The notes under the pieces are model-generated. The model was given only the letters and a program-made list of their open reading frames with translations. It was not told the DNA's origin and did not search any database. A program made the translations under genes and the position numbers. Below are positions 63,446 to 64,000 of a stretch of 64,000 bases of DNA, one piece after another (the first letter of the stretch is position 1; every line of letters begins with the position of its first letter). The DNA lies in contig CBDBLO010000002.1 in the NCBI GenBank assembly GCA_965207075.1, forward strand, positions 2,214 through 66,213, read 5' to 3'. This DNA comes from Nitrosopumilus sp. GTDB lineage: Archaea > Thermoproteota > Nitrososphaeria > Nitrososphaerales > Nitrosopumilaceae.

Positions 63446-63855
63446 CTGTACAGCACACCAGGGAGCAGGTGGAGCGGTTCCTGGAGGCGCAGAAGACTAT
63501 GCGCCTTGCCACCGTACGCGGGGACGGAACGCCGCACGTGGTGCCGGTGTGGTACATGTACGAAAACGGGGCCTTTTACGTCGGCACCCACACCAGGACC
63601 GCAAAGGCCAAGAACGTGGAGAGGACGGGCAGGGCCGCGTTCTGCGTCGACGTCGGGGTGCACTCCCCGGACATATTCGGGGTGTCCGGACACGGCAGGG
63701 CCTCGCTTCTCAGGGACGACGTTGTTGCCATCGCGTCCAGGATACTATCCAGATACTATGACACGATGGACGACCCTGCCGCGCAGGAGCTGCTGGAGGA
63801 CACCGACTGCATCATACGCATCGTGCCGGACGGCATGGCTAGCTGGAGCTATTGA
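63442..63855 (+). CDS. Pyridoxamine 5'-phosphate oxidase-like (flavin/F420-binding split barrel)
   Basis: RLATVRGDGTPHVVPVWY...AKAKNV motif. Confidence 0.88.
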   Translation: MTVQHTREQVERFLEAQKTMRLATVRGDGTPHVVPVWYMYENGAFYVGTHTRTAKAKNVERTGRAAFCVDVGVHSPDIFGVSGHGRASLLRDDVVAIASRILSRYYDTMDDPAAQELLEDTDCIIRIVPDGMASWSY

Positions 63856-64000
63856 TCATAAAGTCCTCGAGCTTTGACATGGCCGACTCCAGCACCGGTA
63901 TGTCGGGCAGGTACACGACACGGAAGTGCCCCGAGCCGTACCGCTCGCCGAACCCCGAGCCGTGGACCGTGAGCACGCCCTTTCTCTCGAGCAGCGACAT
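63839..64000 (-). CDS. 3' end of a class I/II aminotransferase (window edge)
   Basis: LLERKGVLTVHGSGFG..YGSGHFRVVYLP C-terminal motif. Confidence 0.8.
   Translation of the reverse strand: MSLLERKGVLTVHGSGFGERYGSGHFRVVYLPDIPVLESAMSKLEDFMINSSS

Overview
High-GC thaumarchaeal (Nitrosopumilaceae/Cenarchaeum-like) chromosomal window; the assignment is inferred from the archaeal TATA promoters, the cox/blue-copper/Rieske-cytochrome b genes and the thaumarchaeal-type S-layer protein. Core genes occupy 1-16 kb (coxB/coxA, cupredoxin, ctaA, tRNA-Lys, thrC, ThiS-ThiF fusion, Rieske/cytochrome b) and 61.7-64 kb. The accessory region between them (about 16-61.7 kb) holds three main systems. (1) Two ~7 kb S-layer genes face each other as a giant inverted repeat. 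They are near-identical at both ends and differ in a ~1.6 kb central segment. One has an intact TATA box and ATG; in the other the TATA, leader and start codon are each disrupted. An intact tyrosine recombinase lies next door, and a third version of the variable segment is fused to a catalytically dead protease paralogue. This looks like an S-layer switching/antigenic variation locus. (2) Three TnpB-only elements are bounded by terminal inverted repeats. Two have perfect 9-bp target-site duplications and the third an imperfect 8-bp one, which is not how IS200/IS605 or IS607 elements are known to insert. (3) A GHKL-ATPase/AbiEi-like fusion plus AbiEii-like nucleotidyltransferase operon has been knocked out by one of those elements. 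Several decayed toxin-antitoxin modules and IS630 elements are also present. All alignments were done by eye; no database searches were run.
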